Below the pieces are notes generated by a model that did not search any database, was not told the origin of the DNA, and worked only from the letters and a program-made list of their open reading frames with translations. From NCBI RefSeq assembly GCF_022539665.2, contig NC_081333.1:10664001-10728000 (forward strand): a stretch of 64,000 bases of DNA, given 5' to 3'. The stretch comes from Daphnia carinata (Eukaryota). A program made the position numbers and the translations under genes. Below, one piece after another: positions 36,278 through 49,899 of this stretch (the stretch's first letter is position 1; the number at the start of each line of letters is the position of its first letter).

Positions 36278-36972
36278 CCATTAATTTTCTATTTTTCCAA
36301 AATCTTCAACTCTTGCAATGAACAGATGATGATGAACCACTATTTTCCAGTAACAAGCTGGTCATGGGTAATCTACACTAACTCGATTTCCTTAATCACT
36401 ACCTTAATTTTCAACATGTTTACCAGCTGGCACAAGGAAAACTATTCCTCAATTACCAGATAACATTTTAAAATATATCGTAATGACGGAATTGGTCTTT
36501 ACCTAAATTTAAATGAAGAATTACACAGGGAAACGAAAACACGGAATAAAGAGGCCGATTTCTTAGGTCTATAGGTCTTCCTTTTTTTAGGTTTACGTTT
36601 AGAACGCAAGAACGGGAAGAAAGTAACTGATCTTTTGTGTTTTGAGAAATTAACAACTCCAAAAAAAAAATGAAAAGAATGCGTATCTTGTTATAAACAG
36701 ATGACATGCATGGCATTTAGAGTCAGATCTGCACAAGAATTTCTACTTAATAGTTTTTAACGGCTACTTAATTAAAGCGACGATAAATACCGCGAACGAT
36801 TCTTTCACAAGGAGGTAAAAAATAAGAAGCAAGATCTTAGTTCTCTAGACATTTTTCATAACATTGTATTTATAATGATCAAAGTTGAAAAGTTCAAAGC
36901 GCCAAAGGAAAATTGTAATGTACATACTTCATACAACACGGTCGCCATGCCCAGTTAAAGTTGTTCAAATGA

Positions 36973-39900
36973 TCATGTAGTCTGAGCATTTTCGTTCCTG
37001 TCAATCCTGTGATTGTAGTTGACCAGCCGGCGCCCCACCAAATACCTGTTGAGCATACAGTCGAATGAACATTTGTTATTTCATGATCCATGTTAAAGAA
37101 TCCTACGTATACACTATACATATATATATATTTCTATTATTTTTTTTACGGAAACACGGAAATTAAGCTTTCATAAATGCGACAAGGATTATATACTTAC
37201 TTATCATTCTTAATGTGCTCATAAAGTCTTTTGAATTGTTTCAATTGCCAGACTGAGAATACCATCAAAAGAATAACGACCAGAAATGATGGATATACTC
37301 TTCGAGCGATAAGAGCTCTAAGTTGTCGGCTAGGAACTGTAAAATAAAACATTTGCGAAAGGTAAAGAATTTAACCGTCTAGGTCACACTTAATGGCGTC
37401 CTTCACGATAAACGTACCAAAAAATGGGACGATCGAATGAGCTACGACGTACGGAAGGGCCAATGCCAAACCGAGAGTTACTATAGCAGGAATGGCAAGC
37501 TCGCATAGAACAAAGGTCAAATTCATTCTTCGAATTCCATCTTGATACAACTAGAGGAACATTAGATGTAATCAATAATAGCCTTAGATTACTGGAATAA
37601 ACGGATACCTTCTCTAACGAATGTTTCAGCCACCAGTCTGGCGACATCATTGTCAAACCGCAAACTATTTTCGTATATAGAACACCAAGACTCCAGTCCT
37701 TTACGATTTTAACAAAAAAGGATTAGATAACCAGTAGGACGAATTATGTTCAAATACCACCTGGGACAGAGAAAAGATGGGTGATTGGTTGACGGCAACA
37801 CGCAGTGGAACTACAACAACGAGATCTAACAGAAGCCCGAACATCAAGGGTATGACGCCCAATAAGAGAGAAAACGCCACACTGCACTTTAGTACCTAAA
37901 AATTAAGAATATTCTTCATAAAGTTTTCTTTTTATAAAAAAAACACTTTCTACTAACCAAAATGGTGTAGGACTTGATACGAACAAAAACATTTGACCAT
38001 CCTCGAGGAACCAAATTAGAAAAAACGTGAATCCCGCGGAGAACCAGCCAGCAAAAATATAAACCGGTGAATGCCGTGTACAATTCGTGGTGAGGTCCAG
38101 CTCCATAAAACGTTTCCATTAACAGGCGCCCAATCCAAACTTAAGGACAGTAAGCAAAATTAATCCCTTACTTACCAGTACAATAAATATTAGATAAATA
38201 CCAGGAAGGGTGAGAAAAATTGTGCTAGCAATTGACAAGCTAATGCACATGGTAAGAAGGAGGAGGAGAATCCTAATAAAAAAAACAGATGGTCGTAAAT
38301 ACGGTACGTAGCCAGCAGGACCCTCACGCTGGAGAAGGGCTTGGTGGGCGGCTCCTAATCCTCCGTTACGAAACGGTACTCCTCCAAAACGAATATTTCC
38401 ATCTTGTGGAACAGCTGCAACAGCAGGTTCCGCTGGAGCCGCCGGTGCGTCAACTTGTTCATTATTAGGTTCATGGATTTGATTGTTATATTCCCCTTCT
38501 TCAACATTTTCACCGACTATTACTCCTTGGTTATTGTGATGAGCCTGTCCTCCTCCAGTCTACAAGAAGAAATTGTCGAATAAAATGTTTATAATAGTGC
38601 AACAAAATTTGTGCAATCCAAAGCAAGTAAAGTAAATTACCTCACTAGAGCTAGCCACATCTCCAAGCAAATATGAACGGAGGCCCAACAGCCAGGACAC
38701 AGCTAGACACCACATTCTCAGTCCATAAAGTAACCACTGTCGAGCGTGATTTTGTTCCAACAAGCAAGGCATGATCACTTGCAACAACAACAACTCCAAA
38801 GAATATTCTGAGACTTGGGTGTCGCTTCAGTTTAAAGGGGAAAAGAAACATCAGATACGTCTATTATGCAAATATCTTTATGTGAACTTACGTCGAATTG
38901 ACGATATAGTAGGGCAAAAAACTCGGCATGCCCCTCTGCAAAAGTCGAATTGGAACCCATAGCATCAAAAAGACAATTGTGCCGAAAATCACCAAAGAAG
39001 CAGCAAATTGTCTCAAATGTCGAACGATTGGGAGATGGATCATCTGGAGAAAACAAAAAATAAAGGCAAAGCTAATAAGTCGTTTGCTCACAAGCTTTAC
39101 ATATATATGATTCTTACCTCCTGAACTGGGTTGAAGTCTGGATCATTTAAATTACGAAGAAACCACAACACCCCAGGCCTTAAAACTTCACGTAGCAACA
39201 ATACGAACGATGCAAAGTAAAATGCGCATAATATGCCCACTAACCAATGAAGAAACATCGACGTCCCAGGTGCTTGGCTGAAGTTGTGCAATCGGTCCTG
39301 AAGAGCGCGCATAAAGGAGAATTTATTACCTAACTTTCAGAATGCGTTATTTAAAAGCATTCAACAATTACTTTAAATGTTGCATCAACAAGGGGCAGGC
39401 TGCATATATCAAGCCACCAACCACAGACTATAGGAAAGACGCCGATTTCGGCTACAGTCAGTAGTGAGACCTTTACTACAACATAACAGAGCCCCAGTAT
39501 ACGTTTTGGCCTGAAAGGTTAATTCTTCGATAATTTAGGTGTTCATTCTTATTTTATTTATATTTAGTAGATTACCTTCGTAATCGAAGAAGAGAAGTGA
39601 CGCCGTGAAGAAGAACTAGAAAAAGACCAATGACCACATAGCCACAAAGAGTTGTTAATAGGCCCTCGAAGTGACATGCCGAAACCCAATCTTTCATTTT
39701 GAAACCAACGATTGTAAAATGTCCAATGTGATAGGGGCAAAATGCTGTGCGCGAAGAGAACGTTTTAAAAATTAACAAATGTAAGTAATCAAGCTATGAT
39801 CGGGCTTACCAAAAACGAGGATGAATAAAGTGTTAAGAGACGCAACCCAAAATACGTGTTCCAGGAACACCAGCGAGCCATCTAGACCAAGAAGACGTTC

Positions 39901-41006
39901 CCAGGTCAGTTCCTCTGCCCTATCCCATTCCATCAGGTTCCAGTTAACATCGTCTTGTGCTTGACCTTGGAGCTGCGCTTGCTGTGCAGCGTTATTAGGA
40001 GCTGGAATATTAGCTTCTCCTACGGCATCTGCATCTACATCCACTTGACCATTATTCTGTAGACGAACTTCCGCGTCAACTACAGGACCTTCGGGCGGTT
40101 GATCCATTTCGACATGTTCCTGAACGAGAAACACGATGATCGTTAAAAAAAATGTAATCGGACAAACTGGATCTGACAACGATACTTCATTCTGAATATC
40201 CTGTTCCAACCAATCAGGGCCACCTCCATGAAGAATCTGTTCTCTTAGCCAAACCAGTCCTATGAAAGCACACAAGGTGCACAGGACTACAACACACCCA
40301 TGCAAAATATCTGTTGCCACATGTTCTCTACCAGAAAAGAATGGTTAGGACTGAAAAAAACTTGAACAATTACTAATAACTCACGATGACAACATATCCA
40401 AGGGAAGAGTTAAAACAGAGGAGACAGATCCTGTAAAGAGACAACGATAGATCCGGCAGGCTGTCAAAGGAACAATTCCTAGCCAGGCCATGGCAACAAG
40501 TGTGTAATGAAGCCAAAATCTAATGGCTCTAGCAAGGCTGGATACCAGGCCAGAAAGTATGTCTTTTAGAGGCAGTCTTTTAGGCATGTCTGGAGAGTAA
40601 ACTGCAGAAACAAAAGAAAGATATATATCATAAGGCCACAGTCGAAATACCCAAATAATAATCCAAAATACTTACTTGGAGTGAAAGAAAATCTATGTGT
40701 GCACAGCTCACAATATTCTTTTCTAGAATACCGTAGCCATTGGACTAAACCTGTAACAGAAAATGCAAAGTAGAGCAAGCACGTCTACATTAACACTATT
40801 AATTAAGCTAAACTTACATTCTTGGTGGATGAACTTTATGCTACCAGTGCAAATACATGGATGAAACAGAGGCCTATCGATTGTTCCCTCACAGCGACAA
40901 ACACGACAGATATCTTAAAGGAATATGGAAAATATCGCTCAATTTCATGAGAGGTGTCAAAAAATTGGTCATTGTAAAACTAACCTGATTGCAGAGATTC
41001 ATCCAT
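36973..41006 (-). CDS. MARCHF6: E3 ubiquitin ligase MARCHF6/TEB4 (Doa10 orthologue); many exons
   Basis: [16 protein letters not shown]...[113 protein letters not shown]. Confidence 0.96.
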
Positions 41007-42583
41007 TTCTTCTACTTAGAGCATCACAGTCCTAGGGTGGAAAATCTTCGACGCAAGTAAGATACAATATTGCTGTTCTATTTGTGTTCTTAAAACATTT
41101 GCCCTACTGATCTTATTTAGAAAGGAAGTTGAGACGCACGAAAAACGTATTGCTCAGGTCAACAGCTGAGCTAAGACTGATGACCATTGGCGTAAACGAA
41201 AATTTCTGGATATTAATATTATCCTGGAGGATATCATGATAAATCAACGCGTAATTAAAAAGAAAAACATTTTAAAACTTAGTGGAGGTATCCGTCATTT
41301 TACCAATTTTTTGCATTTGATAATTATGGCAACGAAACAGTAACCTGGTATCGCTGCTATTTTATTTCTGCCGACATAGTCAATGCTGGCAAGCATAGAT
41401 TGGTTAGCAAAGGATAAGAATAAATAGTGACCAAAATTTCAGCGCCACCTAACGTCTGACCATAGATAAAACACTTCTGAATACGCATTATACAATGCCA
41501 TTGAATATGTGATCACACTTATGTAATTCGGATGTGCTTGATTAACAAATTTGTTAAGACTTTGTTTAAAGCTTGTTTAAACAATTGTTAAGTGTCAATC
41601 TAGCTTAAAAAACTCAAGTTACCATTTTCAGCTGTTGGAGGGCCAACAAGTTCAATGTATGGACGTAATAAAATAAAGGCCGTTGACGCAGAGGTGATCA
41701 GTCTATCAATACTTTTGTATGGTTGCCGTAGCTGGGATGCAATGTTGTAGCTGTGCCGTAGAGTTGCGGTAACAATAACAATAACTAATACTTGGAAGCA
41801 ATAATGTTTTAAGTCTCGACCATTTCATGTTTTTGTGCCGGAATAGAAACTTGCCGTTCAAAAAATACCAGAAAAATAAAATTCAAAGATACAAATTGTT
41901 TTGAGCTCTTATAGTTAAGACATTGTTAAACACTACAAGCGGAAAATTTATTAGATTACAGTTTACGTTATTTTTTCCTTGATCTCAAAATTCTTAAGCT
42001 CACAAACAGGAAATAAAAGTAAGATAGAAGTCAAAAGTGTTTCGTGTGGGGTCTATAGCATGCGCCGATATTGAAAGAAGAATTGAGTAGTGGCTGCACT
42101 ATCGTTTTCCACCAAAAATAAAAATGCGCTTTTTTTTTGAGTTTCGAAATTGATTTGAAGATTCTGGGATAACCAAATCGAGAGGTGTCTGTAATTTAAA
42201 CTAGGGACATGGATTAAACCTTGCATGCGTTTTTCCCAGTCAAGCTGGGGAACCTCCAAGTTCATAAAAAATACTATAATAAAAAGGTTCATTTGTTTGT
42301 GATAGCCGTTAGATGATGGTAATTATTTGGCAGAAGAGGAATGGTGTTTACGGGCGTTGATTCAAAAACCATCGTTACCAGACATATGGGTGGCAGACGA
42401 ACTTACTTGTGGTATAATCATAGCCTTAGTGAAACGTCAATCAGTATGAAAAGGCAGTAATATTGAGTTTAAAGGAAATCCATAAGGTAAGCAATCATAA
42501 TTGCAAAAGAAAAATAAGTTTAGAAATTTGAAAGTTTAATGACCTAACATCTTTTCATCGTTGTTAGATTAGTGAACGGCAGA

Positions 42584-43959
42584 ATGCTACCTGGAATCGG
42601 GATATTTATCAGTGCTGGCACAGTCATGAAAGTTTTGGTTCCATATTTACGAGCCAAAGGCTTCAAAGTGGATTCTGTTTGGGCCCAGACTCAAGAGGCA
42701 GCTAAAGATGCAGCAGAGGAACTTGAAATTCCTTTTTTTACAAGCAAGGTTGATGATGTGCTATTGAAAAGAGAAGTGGACTTGATTATTATCATGTGCC
42801 CACCAATCCTTCATGCCCAGATTGCTGTTAAAGCTCTTGGAATTGGCAAGCATGTTCTTTGTGACAAACCTGGAGGACTAACACAAAGTGAAACACTGAA
42901 AATGGTTCATGCAGCCCAATACTACCCATCACTCATCTCAGTAATGGCCTATAGCCTCAGATTTTTGCCTTCATTTCAGTACGTACGAAGTGTCATTAAT
43001 GATAAACTTATTGGTGAAGTCAATTATTGTGACATTCATGTTCAGCTCGGATCACTCGTCAACCAAAAAAAGTATGTTACTGTAAATTTTAAAGAATCTA
43101 GAAAGGCAAATTGTATAACTCTTGTATCCAGTTACGACTGGACATGTGAAGAAGGAATGGGAGGAGGTGTGTTGACTATGATCGGCTCGCACGTTATCGA
43201 CGTGGTGAGCGCAGTGATCCGACAGCGTGCTATACGTGTTCATGGCGTAACTCGAAGAGGACTTGCAGTTAAAGGAGAAGTGAGCATCCGCAGGATTACG
43301 AGTGACCGTTTTGCTGCATTTAACATGGAAATGAATGGCGGTGCACTAGTTGCGGTCACGCTAAATAGTCAAGAAGGCTTGCAAAACTTTGACATTAGCT
43401 TCTCGGTGACTGGTTCACAAGGTTTCATCACTTACCGCAGCGATCCGTCTGGTAAGATATCAAAGACACTAACAAATGATCAAAAATTAAGAATTTGCCA
43501 AATAGGCGGAACTGTGACCGGTCAAAGTAGGGTGGTCCCTACGGCAGAAATCTTCCATACAGACACTGACGAATTGTCATTTCTTCCCTCTTCAATCGTA
43601 AATAATGCGCCTATTCAACCTCATCAAAGGCCATATATTAATGGGCTTTTTCGCATGGTTTGTCTATTTTATTAGCATTTTCTCCTGTCAAATATTTATA
43701 ATGAATCAACTATTTGGAACAGGTTTCAGCACTTAGAGATGCGTTTTCCCGCGTCGAAGATCGCAGTGGGTGGGTCAAAGAAGCTGTTTCTTCGGCCGCT
43801 ACATTTGAAGACGGCCAATACGTTATGGCCGTCATCGAGGCCGTTAAAAGATCTGAAAAGAGGCGTGAATGGTCGGAAGTTTCCATTATTTATGAAGAAC
43901 CTGATCCTAATCCGGTTTTGAGTGCCGCGGTCCGTAGGTCTACGATAGCCGCTGTTTAA
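42584..43959 (+). CDS. GFOD1: Glucose-fructose oxidoreductase domain-containing protein (GFOD1/2)
   Basis: MLPGIGIF...GFKVDSVWAQTQEAA...IPFFTSKVDDVLL...QIAVKALGIGKHVLCDKP; AAQYYPSLIS; YDWTCEEGMGGGVL; AATFEDGQYVMAVIEAVKRS. Confidence 0.9.
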
Positions 43960-44296
43960 AACCAATCACAGACTTCTGTTCATTCCAATATTTTAACTTT
44001 CAAAGATAAAAAGATGTGAAATTATGAAACGAACATGACCGTAGTTTGTTTTTATGACAACTTACCGCTTGACCTGCTCATGTTTACTCACAAATGTTTA
44101 CTGTACAGCATACAATTAATTATTGTATTTCTATGAATAGAGATGACAAGTGTCTACTGCAAAATCGGATGATTAGCATTTTCGAAACGCGGCCAGTCAG
44201 TTGAAGAGCACTCAGAAAAATTTGCTATTCAACATTAACTGACCTCATACCGAAATTCTTCGTCCCATACGATACAAAAAGAACTTTCTAAACTCA

Positions 44297-45482
44297 TTAC
44301 TGCGGAAGCGATAGGAGCGTCTGCTGACCATTTGGCAGATAAACAACGTTACGGGATTTGGACAATTGGTACGCAATGTCTTCCCCAGCCTCTATTCGCC
44401 GAAGTTCGACTAAACCCTCACCGGCATCGCCAAACGCCTTGGCCAGGAGCGAAGCGGCTTGAGAATCACCTTCAGCCGAAATAACGGCGGCTTTCTTTTG
44501 TTGTTCAGCCTATAAGTACGAATAAGAATATAGTAAATTCACCATAACGTTTAAATTGGGCGTATCTGCGCTATTCATGTTCATTTAGTAAAAATAGTTT
44601 ATTCATAATACAACTTACCTTTTCGACGAGGAATCTAGCTCGTTCAGCCTCTTGTTGTGCTACTTGTTTCAATTCAACAGCTTGAGTAAATTCTTTACCG
44701 AATGTAAGATGTGTCTGAACAAAAACAATGGTGAATGACAATATGTTATGGTGACAACAAATAACTTACAATAGAAATGTCATCCAAAATTAAACCAAAC
44801 TGTCCGGCTCTCTCTGTAAGTGCTTCGCTAACTTTCTGTGACACTACCTCACGCTGAGTAATGAGTTCTCCAGCATCAAATTGGGCCTAGAAACATTCCA
44901 ATTCATGAAAGTCTTCTGCCGAAAAAAAAAAAAAGAAAAAAAATTGCCATCTTACAACAACAGCTTTCAGAATTTCATTGGTGATGGAGGGAAGTACACG
45001 CTCATCATAATCAATTCCCAAAGTGCTGTATATATTGGGGAGAGCTGTTGGAACAGGTCTGAAGAGTACACGCAAGGTTATGTTTACATTCTGAAGATCT
45101 AAAAAAAAAAAAAAAAAGGTTTACATTTTACTGTGGTGGGATTTGGATTCATTATAAATATGATAATTTACCTTTGCTGCCAGTAATAACTGGTACATTT
45201 CTTGGCCTAGACCTGATATCATACATAATAGGCCTCTGTACCCAAGGAACAAAAAAATGTGTTCCCTCTCCTACAACTTCATTTCTGACACCAGAGAATC
45301 GATCAAAGATAACAGCTCTGTGACCTCCCTCAACTACAACCATAAAAGTGGAATATAAAAAAATGTGATGTTTCTAAAAATGCACTTTACCCACCATTAT
45401 ATAACGCAGAATTGACAACTCCGGCAGTTAATGCAACTCCAATACCAAGCTGGCTGATTCGGTTGAAAAATTGGGACGCCAT
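44297..45482 (-). CDS. PHB1: Prohibitin 1
   Basis: [128 protein letters not shown]. Confidence 0.97.
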
Positions 45483-46343
45483 TGTGCTTACGATTATTCA
45501 ACTTGAAGCTTGCTCTGGAACGTACAAGAAAGGAAACAAATGTATTCTATATTGTGACTAAGTATGCATGATGTAATTTATTGTCAGCCATACTGGCTGA
45601 TGTACAACCTTACATCTAAACTTTGACGTGAATTGTGGTTTTCTTTTACTCTAAATTAAATGCAGTGGATTACGCAACCTCAAGGTGCAAATATACAGTT
45701 CCCTACTAAAATTTTTTGTATTATCTTACCTACTAACTCTATGCAAAAGGTTCACAAGATGCCGACAACGTTCGCACGTGCAGAAGAGTTCTAGATTGTA
45801 AAACACGCTCTCTGGTGGTCAAGGATCTTAGCTTCAAAGCTAGCGGAACCTACGGAGCACTTTGAACACTAGGTTCTGCAACAAAAAATACTGTTTGACG
45901 TTTCAGCCGTTGTGTTGGTTTCCTTGTAATAAACATTGCCGTGAACGTGAAAACCGTGGCATTCTTCTGAGTTGCGTACAGGTGCATGCTCAATTTTCAA
46001 ACTTTTGCTGACGCGGCAGGTTAAATTTTTCGTTGCGTATGCAGGTGGCCGTGTTTACGTGGCTATGGTATTGTGCACAACTACAAAAATTATCGCTGTA
46101 CTATCGATGTATATATATTTTGAACGTACCTGAAACAAATCATTGACTGAAAGTGTTCTTCCAGTAACTGGAGAACGCGCTGTTTTTACCAAAAGCCTTT
46201 GGTTCATATAACACCAGTTTTAAGTACAACAGGGTTTGAACAGGTATAACATTTGTCCACCATAATTTTATCCTTAAACAAATTGTGAACAGTTTCACCA
46301 CTTTTGTTATATTATCTTAAAACACTGCAGGAGCTGAGGAAAG

Positions 46344-48156
46344 ATGAAAGATTTTGTTGTCACTGTGTTGGGGTCATTGGTCCTTGTTTGTGCTGTGGCT
46401 CAGTGGATTGCCTCCCGCACAAAGTCACAACTAGTTGCTTCACTCAACCCAGAATTTCAAAAGTTCCAAAGGATTTTCTTTGCACCCTATCTTTTGGCAC
46501 TTTTCTCAGATTGGCTTCAAGGTCCTTATGTATATCGGCTCTACAGCCAATATGGATATGCTCCCAAAGAGATAGCCTTGCTGTAAGTACTTTTCACTTC
46601 CTGTAATTGAAAAAGAAGCATGATAATGTAGTATTTCATGTAGTATAGTTGTAAAATGGTTTTACTGTGTATAATGTGGCTTAATTCTGTCATTTTTTCC
46701 CCCTAAATAGGTACATTGTTGGATTTGCTGCAAGCTCTACCGTTGGTACTTTTACTGGCCCATTGGCCGATATGTTCGGTCGTAGACGTCTGTGTTTAGC
46801 CTTCTGTTTCATTTACACATTTTGTTGCCTCACCAAGATGAGTCCAAATTTTTGGTGGCTATTTACGGGTCGGCTGTTTGGTAAGTCGATTCGCTTAGGA
46901 TCTTATGATGTGATTAAAAGGGGAGTATTTTTGAAACAGGTGGGGTTGCCACTTCCATTCTGTTTTCCACTTTTGAGGCGTGGTACGTCTGCGAACACAC
47001 GGAGCGAAATGTGTTTCCCGCCGACTGGATATCTTCGACATTTTCGATTTCTACGTTCTGGAACGGGATATTAGCCATTCTGTCTGGTGTAGTTGCCGAC
47101 TTTGGAGCTGATTGGTTGAATTTCGGTCCTGTAGCTCCGTTCATGACGGCCATTCCTTTCCTGGTTGCAAGCGCTATTTTAATTTCTCTGACTTGGCCTG
47201 AAAATCATGGTAATATTATAGCCAAGGCTGCAGTTGTTGTAATGTTCATTATTTCCTTGTTTACCGAAAACAGGCAGCCGCCAATTCGGTCTTGGTCGTT
47301 CCTTCGTCGAGGGCCTGCGGACGATATTCAATGACCCTGCCATATTTTTATTAGGGCTAGTGCAATCCATGTTTGAATCCATTATGTACATTTTTGTTTT
47401 CCTATGGACTCCAATACTTGATTCGACCCAATCCGCCGATGCCTGGCCTTTGGGGCTCGTATTTTCCTGTTTCATGGTTTGCATTATGATTGGATCTTCC
47501 ATGAATACGCTTCTTCTGAATCGCAATATCCGTCCTTCTACGATCCTCTTACTCAGGTACTTGTACCGAATACCATCGTGATCTGCAACGGTTTAACTTT
47601 CTTCGTTTATTTAGCGTCGCCTGCTCTGCCATCTCCATGATAACGTGCGCTTGGTCTACAAATATGCAACATCGTTTGCCCGTTATCAGTTTTCTGGCAT
47701 TCCTTTTATTGGAAATTTCAGTTGGTATGTACAGAACTTATTTTCCTTCGTATTATTTTGTGTAACCTTTTCCGAGTATTTTCTGCCAATAATTAGGTAT
47801 GTACTTCCCAGCTATTGGCTATTTGCGCAGTCAAGTGATTCCAGAATCCCAAAGGGCTAGCATCAACAACGTTTTTAGAGTAAGCTAGCCCAGCTTGTTG
47901 TATAGTTTTTTATGTTTTAAAAATAATAATTATGTTGACACAGGTCCCACTCAATGTTATCACCTGTACAGTGCTGTACTGTCTGCACAAAAATGACGAT
48001 TCCGGAGGAAACCACGCATCGGGAGGTGATCAGAACGCATTTCTTTTTAATGTCGTTCTTAGTTTAGTGGGTTTTGCGGCAGCCATGGCATTTAGTAAAA
48101 GATACGAAGAGAAGAGCAAGACCTCGGATGACGAGAAGAATGAGCCCCTGATATAA
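46344..48156 (+). CDS. MFSD5: Molybdate-anion transporter, MFS family
   Basis: NPEFQKFQRIFFAPYLLALFSDWLQGPYVYRLYSQYGY; LADMFGRRRLC; TSILFSTFEAWYV; FESIMYIFVFLWTPIL; PLGLVFSCFMVCIMIGS; MYFPAIGYLRSQVIPE; FRVPLN. Confidence 0.92.
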
Positions 48157-48589
48157 TTTAAGTTTAAAAAACAAGTATTATTAGAGCTTAGATAGGGTAT
48201 GGACACAATTTCAAACTGTACTGAAGGTTTCCTGAAGTTTTCTTTGTCTTAGTTCTTTTCACTTACTCCATCTGAAGGAGTCTCGACCCCGATACTCGTA
48301 ATTTTCATCAAGTTATTTTTTTTTTCCTCATGACTCATTTTAATTGTATCCAAAACATCAAAATTCCCGAAAGGTGCTTCCGCCTAACCGAGCCAAAATA
48401 TATGCATTACATGGTACGAATTGTTGCAATACTTATACACGTGACTAAAGAGATGTAAAACGTTGAACTTCTTTTTAAATATGGAAGACTGAGGAATGAA
48501 CTATAAAATCATTACCTCCTTATTTTCGAGGGTCTTGTATTTATCGGAGTTACACAAAATACCACGTACGACAAAAGTGGTCAAATCAT

Positions 48590-49694
48590 TTAGAAAGGCC
48601 TTCCAGGTGGACCTGGTGATAGAGGAAATTAGTACAACTTTCATGATTTTTGCAAAATGTTTACGAGATACCTCCTCTCATCATGCCAGGGGGAGGAGGA
48701 CGCATTCCTGGTGGAGCGCCGGGAGGAGCACCACGGCCCATCATTCCCGGTGGCATTCCCATCATACCTGGAGGTGGTCCGCCCATCATGCCAGGTGGAG
48801 GAGCCATCCCCATTGGAGGCATGCCAGGACGAGCACCCATCGGAGGAGCAGGAACCTTAGAAACAGGCAAGTAAACAGATTCGTAAGTACAATACAATTT
48901 CATAACGCAATTAATATACCAAATTATGTACCTGAGGTCTCATTTGTGGTGGTGCTGATACTGCTGGCCCACCAGCCCCTCTGCCACCAGGAACCATCAT
49001 TTGAGGTGCAGGTCCACCCACCCCTCTTACTGGACCTTGAAGTCCTGAAAAATAAGTTCATAAATTTATAAAGCGCAGCCAACAAAAAAAAGTAAGCTGT
49101 TTGGCATAGGTGACAAAGTAAACTATTTACCAGCAGGGGCACCCATAGGTGCATTGACAGGTACACCTCGTCCAGCAGCTCTGCCAACACCAGGTCCTGG
49201 AATGACACCTGGCATAGGCACTCTGGGCATACTCTCTTCTGTTGGAGGAGGACCCTCGACTGTCATTGACACAATATTCTCTCCTCTGAGCAAAACGAGA
49301 CCAAGCACTCTCTTCTCTTCTCTTTCTGTGGCACCAACACCTGACTTGTTGAGTTTGGCTTTAATTTTACGGAATTCTTCACAGTCTCCAAGAATCAGAT
49401 TCATGTGTTTGTCAAAAGCTACGAAGGAAAATGCCACTGCTCATCATCAACAATTTTTGAATAGTATACAAATTGACTACCTTTAAATGTCCCGATAAAG
49501 GTTCTCGAATCTTGCAGAGTCACTCTCACTCGATAGTTCAAATGCTGAACCATTTTGTTGTTTTTACTGATCGTCTAAAATACCGAGAAAGTGTTCGGGA
49601 ATAATCACTTAATTTCAGGATAATACACACACAATTTTGATTTCTCATACAAAACGACATAGTAAATTTTAGATAAATGAAAACAGTGTACCAT
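48590..49694 (-). CDS. SNRPB: Small nuclear ribonucleoprotein-associated protein B (SmB)
   Basis: ATG-only first coding exon at 49694, then [51 protein letters not shown]...[27 protein letters not shown] and a Pro/Gly/Met-rich tail ending GPPGRPF*. Confidence 0.97.
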
Positions 49695-49899
49695 TTTGAC
49701 GAGTTTTTGGGTCGGATGTACTTGGATAAACTTGTTATTCCAACTTTAGACCCCGGCTTCCCTCCTTCTTCTCGCAATTGTTTGGATCCCGCGATTCAAA
49801 CAGACGCTTGCTTTACGTGTAGACTACGGTGGCTTGTTTTCGGTTAGAAAATGGTCATGCATCTGACAGATGGCGCTCAAATCTCCTCTGGCTCTAAAA

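Noticed and set aside
42305..42448. Protein-like frame PLDDGNYLAEEEWCLRALIQKP... in the GFOD 5' region
   Set aside because: No start codon or upstream exon could be linked and no family was recognised; treated as UTR.
48496..49486. Plus-strand ORFs over SmB
   Set aside because: Antisense shadows of the Pro/Gly/Met-rich SmB exons.
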